From assembly GCA_965223155.1 (NCBI GenBank), contig CBDCVR010000014.1, positions 192,001-256,000 of the forward strand: a stretch of 64,000 bases of DNA, given 5' to 3'. The notes below the pieces were generated by a model. That model did not search any database, was not told where the DNA came from, and saw only the letters and a program-made list of their open reading frames with translations. The position numbers were made by a program, and so were the translations under genes. Source of the DNA: Candidatus Multivoradales bacterium. Lineage in GTDB: Bacteria; Acidobacteriota; Thermoanaerobaculia; Multivoradales; JAHEKO01. Below are positions 56,173 through 64,000 of this stretch, one piece after another; position 1 is the stretch's first letter; each line of letters begins with the position of its first letter.

Positions 56173-58023
56173 ATGGCGGCCGCCCCGGAACCTCGTCCCG
56201 ACCCTGGGCGCCGGGTGGCTCCGGCCCCGGCCATCGCCCTGGTCGCGCTCCTGGCCGCCGGGCCGGCGGTCACCCCGGCCGGCGCCGCCGAGCCGGCCCA
56301 GGGTGCTCTTCCCGCTCCCGAGCAGGCAGCGGTCGCCGCCCTGAACTTCGCACCGCAGCCCCTCGATCCGGCCTTCAACCGCGCCGAGCTCACGCGCCGC
56401 CTGCGCGAAGCGCACGCCCGTGGCGCCCGCTACCTGGTAACCCCCGAGCTCGGCCTCACCGGCGAGTTCGCCGAGGGGATGACAGCCGAAGCGCTCCGCG
56501 ATCTGGCCGAGCCGATTCCCGGACCGACGACCGAGCATTTCGCGCGACTGGCCCGCGAGCTCGGCGCCTGGATCGGCATCTCGCTACTGGAGACACGGCC
56601 CGACTCTCCCAACTCCTCGGACGTTTACATCACCGCGGTGCTGCTGGACGACTCCGGCCGAACCGCCGCCCTTCATCGCCGGATCATGGTCCGGCCGGAC
56701 GGACCCGAAGGCCTGGTAACGAGAGGGGACTACCGGGCGATTCTGGACACCGTGCCCGACGGCGACCTGCGCCTCGGCATTCTCTCGGGCAGCGACGTGC
56801 AAGTCGGCGTCGCCCGGCTGGCCGACCGCGGAGCGGACCTGATCCTCATCTGCTCGTCCCCGGGAGCCCTCGCCGGCGGTGACGGCCTGGCCCGCCGCTA
56901 CTCGGTCCAGCTTGCCAGCGCCGAGCGGACCGCGCCCGGTACAGGGGTCCGCGCCGGCGGAATCTTCTCCCGCAGCGGCGGCTACCGTCGCCCAAGCGAC
57001 GACGGGCTCGCCCTGGCACCCCTCGACATGGTCCCCCACCGCTGGCGTCCCGCTTCCGCGCTGGGCCTGCCGGCCTCGGTCCCGGTTCCCGCCCACGAGC
57101 CCGCGTCGGCTCTGCTCCGGGAGCTTGGCCGCAGGCTGTTCTTCGACCCCGGCATGTCACGTAGCGGCACGGTCTCGTGCGCGACCTGCCATGAGCCCGA
57201 GCGCGCCTTCACCAACGGTTCGGCCAAGGGCCAGGGAGTCTTCGGGCGGCATACGAAGCGCAACGTGCCGACGCTTCTCAACGTCGCCTTCAAGCCGCTG
57301 CTGCGCTGGGACGGCTACGCCTCCATGCTCGAGAACTTCGCCAAGTACCCCTTGAGCGGATACAACGAAATGAGCTTTCACTATCTGGACGAGGTGGTTG
57401 ACTACGTCAAGTCCCGGCCCGTCTACGTGCGGGCACTGCTCGAGACCATGGACCTGGCTCGAGCCGACGAGATCGAGTTCGAGCACGTCGCCCGCGCTCT
57501 GGCTACCTTCCAGCGCAGCCTCGTTTCCGGCAACTCGGCCTTTGACCGGTACCAGTACGGCGGCGACCACGCGGCCCTGTCGCCCAGCGCCGCGCGCGGA
57601 CTCGCACTCTTCCGCGGCAAGGCCGACTGCGAGCGCTGCCACCAAATCGGTCCGAACTACGCGCTCTTCATGGATCTCGACTACCACTTCCTGGGCATCG
57701 GCTATGAAGAGAGTCCAGGCGCCAGCCCCGACATCGGGCTGGGCTCGATCAGCACCAATGACCTCGCCGGTCTGTTCCAGACCCCATCCCTACGCGACGT
57801 CGCCCGCACGGCGCCGTACATGCACGACGGCAGCATCGGCACACTCGAAGACGTGATCGAGTTCTTCGACCGGGGCGGCACTCCCGCACCCGGCAGGCCG
57901 GTCGAGCTCAAGCCGCTCGGGCTGAGCGCGGCCGAGAAGCGGGATCTCGTGGAGTTCCTTCGCTCGCTCGACGGCGACTGGGACTACGGAGCGTCCGCGG
58001 GATCCCGGACCGCCGCCCGCTAG
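56173..58023 (+). CDS. Degenerate nitrilase/CN-hydrolase domain fused to a di-heme cytochrome c peroxidase (bCcP/MauG superfamily) domain
   Basis: N-part: LVTPELGLTG, LAEPIPGPT, YITAVLLD. C-part: LGRRLFFDP, CATCH, RNVPTLLN, WDG, CERCH, TPSLR, TAPYMHDG. Confidence 0.85.
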   Translation: MAAAPEPRPDPGRRVAPAPAIALVALLAAGPAVTPAGAAEPAQGALPAPEQAAVAALNFAPQPLDPAFNRAELTRRLREAHARGARYLVTPELGLTGEFAEGMTAEALRDLAEPIPGPTTEHFARLARELGAWIGISLLETRPDSPNSSDVYITAVLLDDSGRTAALHRRIMVRPDGPEGLVTRGDYRAILDTVPDGDLRLGILSGSDVQVGVARLADRGADLILICSSPGALAGGDGLARRYSVQLASAERTAPGTGVRAGGIFSRSGGYRRPSDDGLALAPLDMVPHRWRPASALGLPASVPVPAHEPASALLRELGRRLFFDPGMSRSGTVSCATCHEPERAFTNGSAKGQGVFGRHTKRNVPTLLNVAFKPLLRWDGYASMLENFAKYPLSGYNEMSFHYLDEVVDYVKSRPVYVRALLETMDLARADEIEFEHVARALATFQRSLVSGNSAFDRYQYGGDHAALSPSAARGLALFRGKADCERCHQIGPNYALFMDLDYHFLGIGYEESPGASPDIGLGSISTNDLAGLFQTPSLRDVARTAPYMHDGSIGTLEDVIEFFDRGGTPAPGRPVELKPLGLSAAEKRDLVEFLRSLDGDWDYGASAGSRTAAR

Positions 58024-58085
58024 CCCGGCCATCTCCTGCCGTCCCGCCAGCTCGGGCAGCTCGGCGTGCGCCCCGCTGCGTCCCG

Positions 58086-58125
58086 CCGATTCGATCCGAT
58101 TCGGGCCGATTCGATCCGATTCGGG
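58086..58125. repeat. Intergenic tandem repeat (CCGATTCGAT CCGATTCGGG)x2
   Basis: Read directly, between convergent genes. Confidence 0.85.
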
Positions 58126-58146
58126 CTCCCTGGAGCCGGGGGCCGT

Positions 58147-58545
58147 CTATCCGACAGGGTCCGTCCGAGAGGTGAAGAGGCCGCGGTAGGCGTCCCGCCA
58201 GTGCCAGAGGAGTGCCAGCTCTAGAACGGCCAGAACCAAAGCGAGTACCAGGCCATTCGGATCCAGCAGCACGTGGTAGAGGACGATGTTGAGAAGAATC
58301 GGCAGCAGCACGAGGAGCGCCACCGGAACCCAGAAACCGGCCAACAACATCAGTCCCGCGACGGCCTCGAGGGTCTTGAGCACCGGGAAGAAGTAGCCGG
58401 TGGCGAAGAGCGCTTCCAGAAACGCCATCCCCTCCGCGCTGGGCTCGCCCATCGGCGGCAGGAAATGCAGGAAGAAGTCGATGCCGAAGACGGTAAAGCC
58501 CAACCCCAGAAGCAGCCGGCAAAGCAAAGCGATCGTGCGATTCAC
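58147..58545 (-). CDS. DoxX-family membrane protein
   Basis: RLLLGLGF.VFG, ATGYFFP.LK.LE and PILLNIVLYH motifs; GGAGGT RBS. Confidence 0.82.
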   Translation of the reverse strand: MNRTIALLCRLLLGLGFTVFGIDFFLHFLPPMGEPSAEGMAFLEALFATGYFFPVLKTLEAVAGLMLLAGFWVPVALLVLLPILLNIVLYHVLLDPNGLVLALVLAVLELALLWHWRDAYRGLFTSRTDPVG

Positions 58546-58692
58546 AAGAAACCTCCCCGGGCCGGTGGCGCCCAGTGTCCGGAAGAGCCGAAGCGCCCTT
58601 CAGGTTGTTGCGGTGGCCGCAGCCTAGGCCGGACGCCGATCCGCCCGCTTCTCCCAAATTGGCTCGAAGGCGATCGGCGGTCGGAAGCGCAG

Positions 58693-59538
58693 CTAGTCCC
58701 GGGCCCGAAGGCCCCGTAGCCAGAGGTACGCCAGCTCTTCGTCCCGAAACGCCGCTTCGTAGACGGAGCCGACCTCCAGCCAGCCCGCCACGTCGTCTAC
58801 CGCTTCGTCTCCGTCGCGCCGCCGGTCCAAGCCGGCCAAGACTCCGGCCAAGCGTTCGGAGAACTCGACCGCCACACCGGTCAAGTCCTCGCTCCTGACG
58901 TTCGAGAAACCCGCCTCGGCCAGCAGCTCGAGGTACCGCCGGGCCGGCAGCAAGCTCGCCATCCCGTCGGTCTCCCACGCGTAGCGAAGCATGCGGTCGG
59001 TTGCCGCCTCGCCGGCTGCGATGACGACGATTTCCAGCCGGCCGCCCGGGAGAAGAGCCCGCCACGCGGCGTCCAGAACCGCCTCCGGGTCGGCGGCGAG
59101 CATCAGCGTGTCGATCGATAGCACCACCTGGTACCGGTTCTCGGTCCTGTAGCTCTCCATGTCCCCCAGCTCGAAGCTCAGCCTGCCGCGCGGGGCCTCG
59201 GGGACTCGCTCCCGCATCGCCAGGGCCATCTCGTGCTGGTTCCGGTTGATCTCGACGCCGGTCGCCCGGCAGCCGTAGGTCTCGGCCAGGTAGCGACACG
59301 CCGCGCCGCGGCCGCTACCCAGCTCCAGGACCGAGGTCTGCGGCCCGATCCGAGCCGCCCGGGCAATCCGGTCGAGCAGTCGCCTGCCGCCCATATTGAG
59401 AAACTCCCAGCCCTCGTGGGTTCCCTCGTAGACGCCTTGGCGCCACACCGGCGACGAGGTGTCGTCGTAGACCTCCCGGTTCTTGCGCCGCGTCTCGATG
59501 CGGGCTCGTGGAACGGCGTCGAGCGCGCTCGTCGTCAC
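58693..59538 (-). CDS. Class I SAM-dependent methyltransferase
   Basis: VLELGSGRG, GVEIN, GDME and LLPGG motifs; GTGA overlap with the upstream gene. Confidence 0.88.
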   Translation of the reverse strand: MTTSALDAVPRARIETRRKNREVYDDTSSPVWRQGVYEGTHEGWEFLNMGGRRLLDRIARAARIGPQTSVLELGSGRGAACRYLAETYGCRATGVEINRNQHEMALAMRERVPEAPRGRLSFELGDMESYRTENRYQVVLSIDTLMLAADPEAVLDAAWRALLPGGRLEIVVIAAGEAATDRMLRYAWETDGMASLLPARRYLELLAEAGFSNVRSEDLTGVAVEFSERLAGVLAGLDRRRDGDEAVDDVAGWLEVGSVYEAAFRDEELAYLWLRGLRARD

Positions 59539-60131
59539 TTCGGAGATTCCGAATCGTAGGCGTGACGCGGCTCCCAGCCGTCGGCGCCGGCGTCGAGCAG
59601 ATCCAGAAGATGCCAGACCCCGCAGAAGTCGTCCCCGGGGCCGAAGCTAGCGCCCCCGACTCGCAGGATCCGTCCATCGTCCCTGGCCAGCGTGGTCACT
59701 CCGGGAAGCGGCGCGCCGTTGTCCTCCTCGAAGCCCAGATCGCGGGTGAAACTGGATCCACGAGCCGAAGCCAGCTCGAAGCCCCAGCCCCGGGACTCGG
59801 CGAAGGCTTCCTGCGCCTCGGCGTCGTCGGGGGAGACCAGGACCACCGCCGAGCGGTTCTCGAGATGCTCCAGCACACCATTGAGGCCGTCCGCCCACAA
59901 GGTGCAATAGGAACAGCCCTTGCCCATGTTGTGAATCACGATCAAGTCCCGCCGCCCACCGAAAAGGTCCGACAAGCGGACCTGCCGCCCGCCCGAACGC
60001 TCCAGCACGTAGTCCTCGATCTCGTAGGGCTCGCGCTCGCGACGGAGCGCGGCTAGCCGCTCCTTGACTTCGACCAGCTCGTCTTCGGCCGCGACGATGT
60101 GTCGTTCCAGATCCTGGTTTCGTTCGCTCAT
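59535..60131 (-). CDS. DUF899 thioredoxin-like protein
   Basis: LSDLFGG, HNMGKGCSYCTLWADG and FGPGDDFC..W motifs. Start at ATG 60131. Confidence 0.85.
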   Translation of the reverse strand: MSERNQDLERHIVAAEDELVEVKERLAALRREREPYEIEDYVLERSGGRQVRLSDLFGGRRDLIVIHNMGKGCSYCTLWADGLNGVLEHLENRSAVVLVSPDDAEAQEAFAESRGWGFELASARGSSFTRDLGFEEDNGAPLPGVTTLARDDGRILRVGGASFGPGDDFCGVWHLLDLLDAGADGWEPRHAYDSESPK

Positions 60132-60162
60132 GTCTTCCTCCGAACTTCGAAGTACCGATTCT

Positions 60163-61485
60163 TCACGACGCCTTCGCCATCCCGGCACGCCGGTATCTGG
60201 CCGTGATCAGAAAAGGCCGGGCCTCCGCCTGGAAATCGCATCCAGGATACAACTGCTTGCAGATGCCGTCGAAAACCACCATCGCCAACACAGTCATGAT
60301 GAACTTGGTCGAGCCGCGAACTCCAAAGCGCCGCTGGGTGTCCATCAGCTGGAAGACGAAACGCGTGATCTCGAAATCTCGCGATCTGAGGCTCGCGTAC
60401 TCAGCGACCAGCTCGCCGATGGCCCGGTCGAAGGCGGCGCGGCGGTGATCCGGCGGACGCGTGCTGGCGGTCTCCCAGACGATCCGGGCGCATTCCCGCC
60501 CCTGGTTGTTGACCAGACCGAAGAAGAAGTCCACGAAGTCGTCCTGGTCTTCCTCGGTGAGCTCGGCCACGAGGCCGGCGTCGAGCAAGACCAGCTCGCC
60601 ACCGGCCCGAAGAAAGACATTGCCCGGATGGAGGTCGGCGTGAACCAGCCCGTCCAGGAAGATCATCTTGTAGAGCGCGCGCAGCCCGGCCAGGGCGATG
60701 TCGCGGCGACGTTCGGAGGAAAGACCGGCAGCGCCGACCGGCTCCAGATCCTCCATGTACTCCATGACCAGCACGGAGCCGGTACACAAACCCTCGATCG
60801 GAGCGGGCACGCAGATCCGGTCGGCCAGCTCGAAGCTGGCACGGAGCCGGCTCAAGCTCTTCCGCTCCCGCTCGAAATCGAGCTGGTGGCGGATGGGACC
60901 CTCCAGCTCGCGCACCAGTTCGGCCAGGGGCAGGGCGCCGAGACCGGGCAGCCGTCCAGCAACCGCCGCCATCCGGCGCAGGAGGCGGAAGTCCCGATCC
61001 ACGGTGCGACGGATTCCGGGCCGGCGGATCTTGATCGCCACCGGGCGACCGTCCTCCAGCCAGCCGCGATGGACCTGAGCCACGCTCGCGCTCGCCACCG
61101 GCGAGCGTTCGACCCGCGAAACGCGGGCGGCGGCGGCTCCCAGCCCGGCATGCATCGCGGCCAGGATCGGCGCCGCCTCGACCGGCGCCACGTCTTGGCG
61201 CAGCCGGCCGAGGGGCTCGACCAGATCCGGCGGCAAGAGATCCGGCCGCGAGCTCAAGATCTGGCCGATCTTGATGTAGGTGGGTCCAAGGCGCTCACAC
61301 AGCCGGCTCAGAGCCTCACCTGCCAGACGCCTTCGGTTCACGCGGGTACCGCTCAGACGCGCCCTGGCCAAGGAAGCCAGCAGGCGCGCGGCCGTGCCTG
61401 CCGATGCAATCCAGATCTCGAGCGCGCGCGCCGCCTCGGCTCCGATACCGATTTTCCGCCGCTTCAAGATTGCCTCGTCATGCAA
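60163..61485 (-). CDS. ABC1/UbiB (AarF) atypical kinase
   Basis: LGPTYIKIGQ, ASASVAQVH, VAIKI, HADLHPGN and LDAG motifs. Start uncertain. Confidence 0.9.
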   Translation of the reverse strand: MHDEAILKRRKIGIGAEAARALEIWIASAGTAARLLASLARARLSGTRVNRRRLAGEALSRLCERLGPTYIKIGQILSSRPDLLPPDLVEPLGRLRQDVAPVEAAPILAAMHAGLGAAAARVSRVERSPVASASVAQVHRGWLEDGRPVAIKIRRPGIRRTVDRDFRLLRRMAAVAGRLPGLGALPLAELVRELEGPIRHQLDFERERKSLSRLRASFELADRICVPAPIEGLCTGSVLVMEYMEDLEPVGAAGLSSERRRDIALAGLRALYKMIFLDGLVHADLHPGNVFLRAGGELVLLDAGLVAELTEEDQDDFVDFFFGLVNNQGRECARIVWETASTRPPDHRRAAFDRAIGELVAEYASLRSRDFEITRFVFQLMDTQRRFGVRGSTKFIMTVLAMVVFDGICKQLYPGCDFQAEARPFLITARYRRAGMAKAS

Positions 61486-61523
61486 GCTGTCAGGCGCCCG
61501 TCCCGCGGGCGCATTCAGAGAAT

Positions 61524-63380
61524 TCAGCGCCTCCCCAGATCCACCGGACTCGTCGTCGGGCCGTCCGAGATCCCTCCGGAAGCGGCTACGGTGACCGCTG
61601 GCCCAGCCGGCAGCGCCAGGCCGGCAAGGCGTGGAGACTCGACCGCCGGCCGGCGCAGGGGCGAGCCGCGGCCGAACACGTTCTCGGCCAGCCAGTACTC
61701 GACCGAGTGCTCGATCACCGTGTAGACCACGCGCTCACCATCGCGCGACACCGAGGGCCAGAGCGCGTCGTCCCCGGCGGCGCTCAGATACTGGATCGCC
61801 CCGGACGGCTGCCGCTCTACGACGCGCCGGTTGCCGGCCTCGTCCCGGACGCTCCAGACCACCGTGCCGCCGCGTCCCTCGCGCGGAAAGTTCTTCTCGA
61901 TCCAGTCCGGACCCGCCAGCGTCGTCATTGACGAGTCGGCAAGGTTCATCTTGAGGACGGACCAGGTCCAGTCGCCGCCGCGGGTCGACATGAAGAGCAC
62001 CGAGCGCCCGCCGTCGGCCCAGGACGGCGACTCGTCGAACCAGCCGCCGCCGGTGATCCGCGTGACCTCCCGGGTCTCGACGTCGACCGTGTACAAGCTG
62101 GCCTCGTGCGCCTCGGTGTCGGCCTGAAACAGAATCCGCCGGCCGTCCGGTGCCCAATCGATGGGGCCGTCCATGCCCCGCAGCCCGTCCGTTCCGGCCG
62201 TCAACTGGAGGAGGCCCGAGCCGTCGGCTTCCATGAGCCCGATCTCCCACCGCGCATGGGTCTTTCCGGCAAAGGCGAGGTGATCGCCGCTCGGAGACCA
62301 TCGCGGGAAACAGGCCTGGCCGGCGCCGGTGTTCAGATCCCGGGTCGCCCCGCTTTCGAGATCGAGCCACCGCAGAACCTTGCGATCCCCCTCGACGGCA
62401 CAGTAGACAAGCTCTTCCCGGCTCGGATGCAAAGTGGCCTGCAAGGGCCAGCGCTCGCCCTCGACCAACGTCCGGGTCTCGCCGGTGGTGCGGTCGAACT
62501 CCTTCACAGCCACGCCGCGTTCCACGAACCGGTGAAACAGCAGCGTGTGGCCCGAGCCCGTCCAGGTCGGCCAGCGGTCGCTGTGAGGTGACTCGGTCAA
62601 CATCCGGACCCGGCCCCCGGTAGCGGGCATGATGGCGATCCCGGACGGCCCCTCGGTGCTTCGCGAGAACGCCGCCCAGTGGCCATCGGACGAGGGAGTC
62701 GGCTTGTAGTCCCAGGCCGAGCCCAGGGTGAGCGGCGCCATCTCGCCGTCCAGCCACACCCGCAGAACGTCGCCCGACCCGAGGTCGTAGCGGTGGCACA
62801 GGAGCGACTCTCCACTGGGATCGAAGGCACAGGCGCCGGCACGGCCGGACTCGCGGGTGATCCTGCGCGGTTGGCCGCCGCCCGCCGGCACCACGAAGTA
62901 GTCGCGCTGGCCCCAAGGCCCGCCTGTAAAGACGACCTCGCGGCCGTCGGGCGACCAGGCCGGGTACTCGTCCTCGAATTCCGAGTCGGTGAGCTGCGAC
63001 AGCTCATCCGAGGCCAGGTTGAGGATCCAGACGTTCTTGCCGCCGTCCCGGGTCGAGGTAAAGACCAAGCGTTCGCCGTCCGGCGACCAGCGCGCCTCGA
63101 AATCGTCGGCCGGGTGGTCGGTGACCTGCTCCCAGCTAGACGTTTCGAGATCGAAAACCCAGAGATCCCAGTGACCCGCCCGGCGCGAGGTGGTCACGAA
63201 CCGCCGCCCGTCGGGCGCGATGGTGGCATCACCGCCACCGTGCCGGTCCACGGCCACCCGCGACAGCCGGAACTCATCCGTGCCCTTTGCGCACGCACCC
63301 AAGACGGCCCAGCCGGAGACCAGAGAGACCAGAGCGGTTCCGGCCGAGAGCCTCGCCAGGACCTGCCGCCACCTCCTCAT
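61524..63380 (-). CDS. Lipoprotein with TolB-like (PD40) beta-propeller repeats
   Basis: LGAC lipobox; repeated WSPDG/PAWSP/PSW units spanning about two propellers; ATGA overlap with the MFS gene. Confidence 0.85.
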   Translation of the reverse strand: MRRWRQVLARLSAGTALVSLVSGWAVLGACAKGTDEFRLSRVAVDRHGGGDATIAPDGRRFVTTSRRAGHWDLWVFDLETSSWEQVTDHPADDFEARWSPDGERLVFTSTRDGGKNVWILNLASDELSQLTDSEFEDEYPAWSPDGREVVFTGGPWGQRDYFVVPAGGGQPRRITRESGRAGACAFDPSGESLLCHRYDLGSGDVLRVWLDGEMAPLTLGSAWDYKPTPSSDGHWAAFSRSTEGPSGIAIMPATGGRVRMLTESPHSDRWPTWTGSGHTLLFHRFVERGVAVKEFDRTTGETRTLVEGERWPLQATLHPSREELVYCAVEGDRKVLRWLDLESGATRDLNTGAGQACFPRWSPSGDHLAFAGKTHARWEIGLMEADGSGLLQLTAGTDGLRGMDGPIDWAPDGRRILFQADTEAHEASLYTVDVETREVTRITGGGWFDESPSWADGGRSVLFMSTRGGDWTWSVLKMNLADSSMTTLAGPDWIEKNFPREGRGGTVVWSVRDEAGNRRVVERQPSGAIQYLSAAGDDALWPSVSRDGERVVYTVIEHSVEYWLAENVFGRGSPLRRPAVESPRLAGLALPAGPAVTVAASGGISDGPTTSPVDLGRR

Positions 63381-64000
63381 CGCGTCGCCCTCAGCAGGCG
63401 GCCGCCTGAAGTGAAAAAGGAGGCGCCGGTTACAGCCACGTAGGCCAGACCGGCGGCAAGAAAGATGGTCTCGACCGCGACCGCGCCGCGCAGCAGCACG
63501 GCAACCGCCGTTGCCAGGGCCACCGCCAGGCCCTCGCTCTGGGTAACGACCGAGAAGACCCGCCCCAGGAACTGCCCTTCGACCAGGGTCTGCAGGAGCG
63601 AGTAGAAGGGCACGACGATCGCGGAGACGCTGATGCCCCACACGAACATGAGGGCGGTCGAGATCCACGGACTCCCCAGAAGAGCGTAAACCACCATGAC
63701 CAAACCCTCGGAGAGCAGCGCGAAGAGCAGGGTCGGTCCAGCCCCGAGCCGCCGCATCCAGGCCGGGACCACGAAGGCGCCGAGGGCGGCGCCGGCGCCG
63801 GTCGCCCCGATCTGCCAGGAGAGCAGATGCTCGGAGGACCCCAGCACCTCGCGAATGAAGAAGGGCGCCAGTGGCAGCCAAAGCCCCGCGCATAGCAGGC
63901 TGACGAAGAACAGGAACGCTACCTGGCGCACCAGCCGATCGCCGCCGACGTAGGACCAGCCGGCCACCAGCGACCGCACCGGAGAGCTCTCGCGGGCACT
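63377..64000 (-). CDS. MFS transporter (C-terminal half; 5' end outside the window)
   Basis: About six TM helices; GWSYV and LLQT..EGQFLGRVFS motifs; frame open to the window edge. Confidence 0.82.
   Translation of the reverse strand, partial: SARESSPVRSLVAGWSYVGGDRLVRQVAFLFFVSLLCAGLWLPLAPFFIREVLGSSEHLLSWQIGATGAGAALGAFVVPAWMRRLGAGPTLLFALLSEGLVMVVYALLGSPWISTALMFVWGISVSAIVVPFYSLLQTLVEGQFLGRVFSVVTQSEGLAVALATAVAVLLRGAVAVETIFLAAGLAYVAVTGASFFTSGGRLLRATR

Noticed and set aside
58086-58125. CRISPR-like array (also 20636-20690)
   Set aside because: Units are 10-20 bp, contiguous, have no spacers, and no cas genes are present.

Overview
High-GC bacterial chromosomal window, densely coding. The gene content suggests a diderm such as Acidobacteriota or Gemmatimonadota (inference only). 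I found no rRNA, tRNA, CRISPR array, IS or prophage. Left to right: (1) a probable AhpD-like selenoprotein (in-frame TGA in a CxxU motif plus a SECIS-like hairpin) divergent from a purine-catabolism cluster (NCS2 permease, adenine deaminase, allantoinase-OHCU decarboxylase fusion, HIU hydrolase, three-subunit xanthine dehydrogenase-family enzyme); (2) fabH, a PAS hybrid kinase, a P450 + FAAL-ACP pair, two paralogous lipoproteins, a CRTAC1-like protein, fhs and assorted genes; (3) Rieske oxygenase/aldehyde dehydrogenase, a cytochrome c followed by an apparent remnant of a deleted ba3-type oxidase operon, a UbiA prenyltransferase, GH16, an MBL hydrolase and a NirS with an extra heme c domain; (4) a Pho locus with 11-bp-periodic Pho boxes (phoBR, porin, pstS, phoU, pstCA, two pstB) and a second, ArsR-led pstSCAB operon; (5) a secreted beta-propeller + pseudo-nitrilase/di-heme peroxidase pair converging on an uncharacterised six-gene run (MFS, TolB-like, ABC1 kinase, DUF899, methyltransferase, DoxX). 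The most striking candidate system is the first Pst complex: its two PstB ATPases carry complementary motif degeneracies, predicting one active and one dead ATP site, and its PhoU is fused to a catalytically dead ArsC/LMW-PTP domain. All family calls come from motif recognition by eye; no searches were run.
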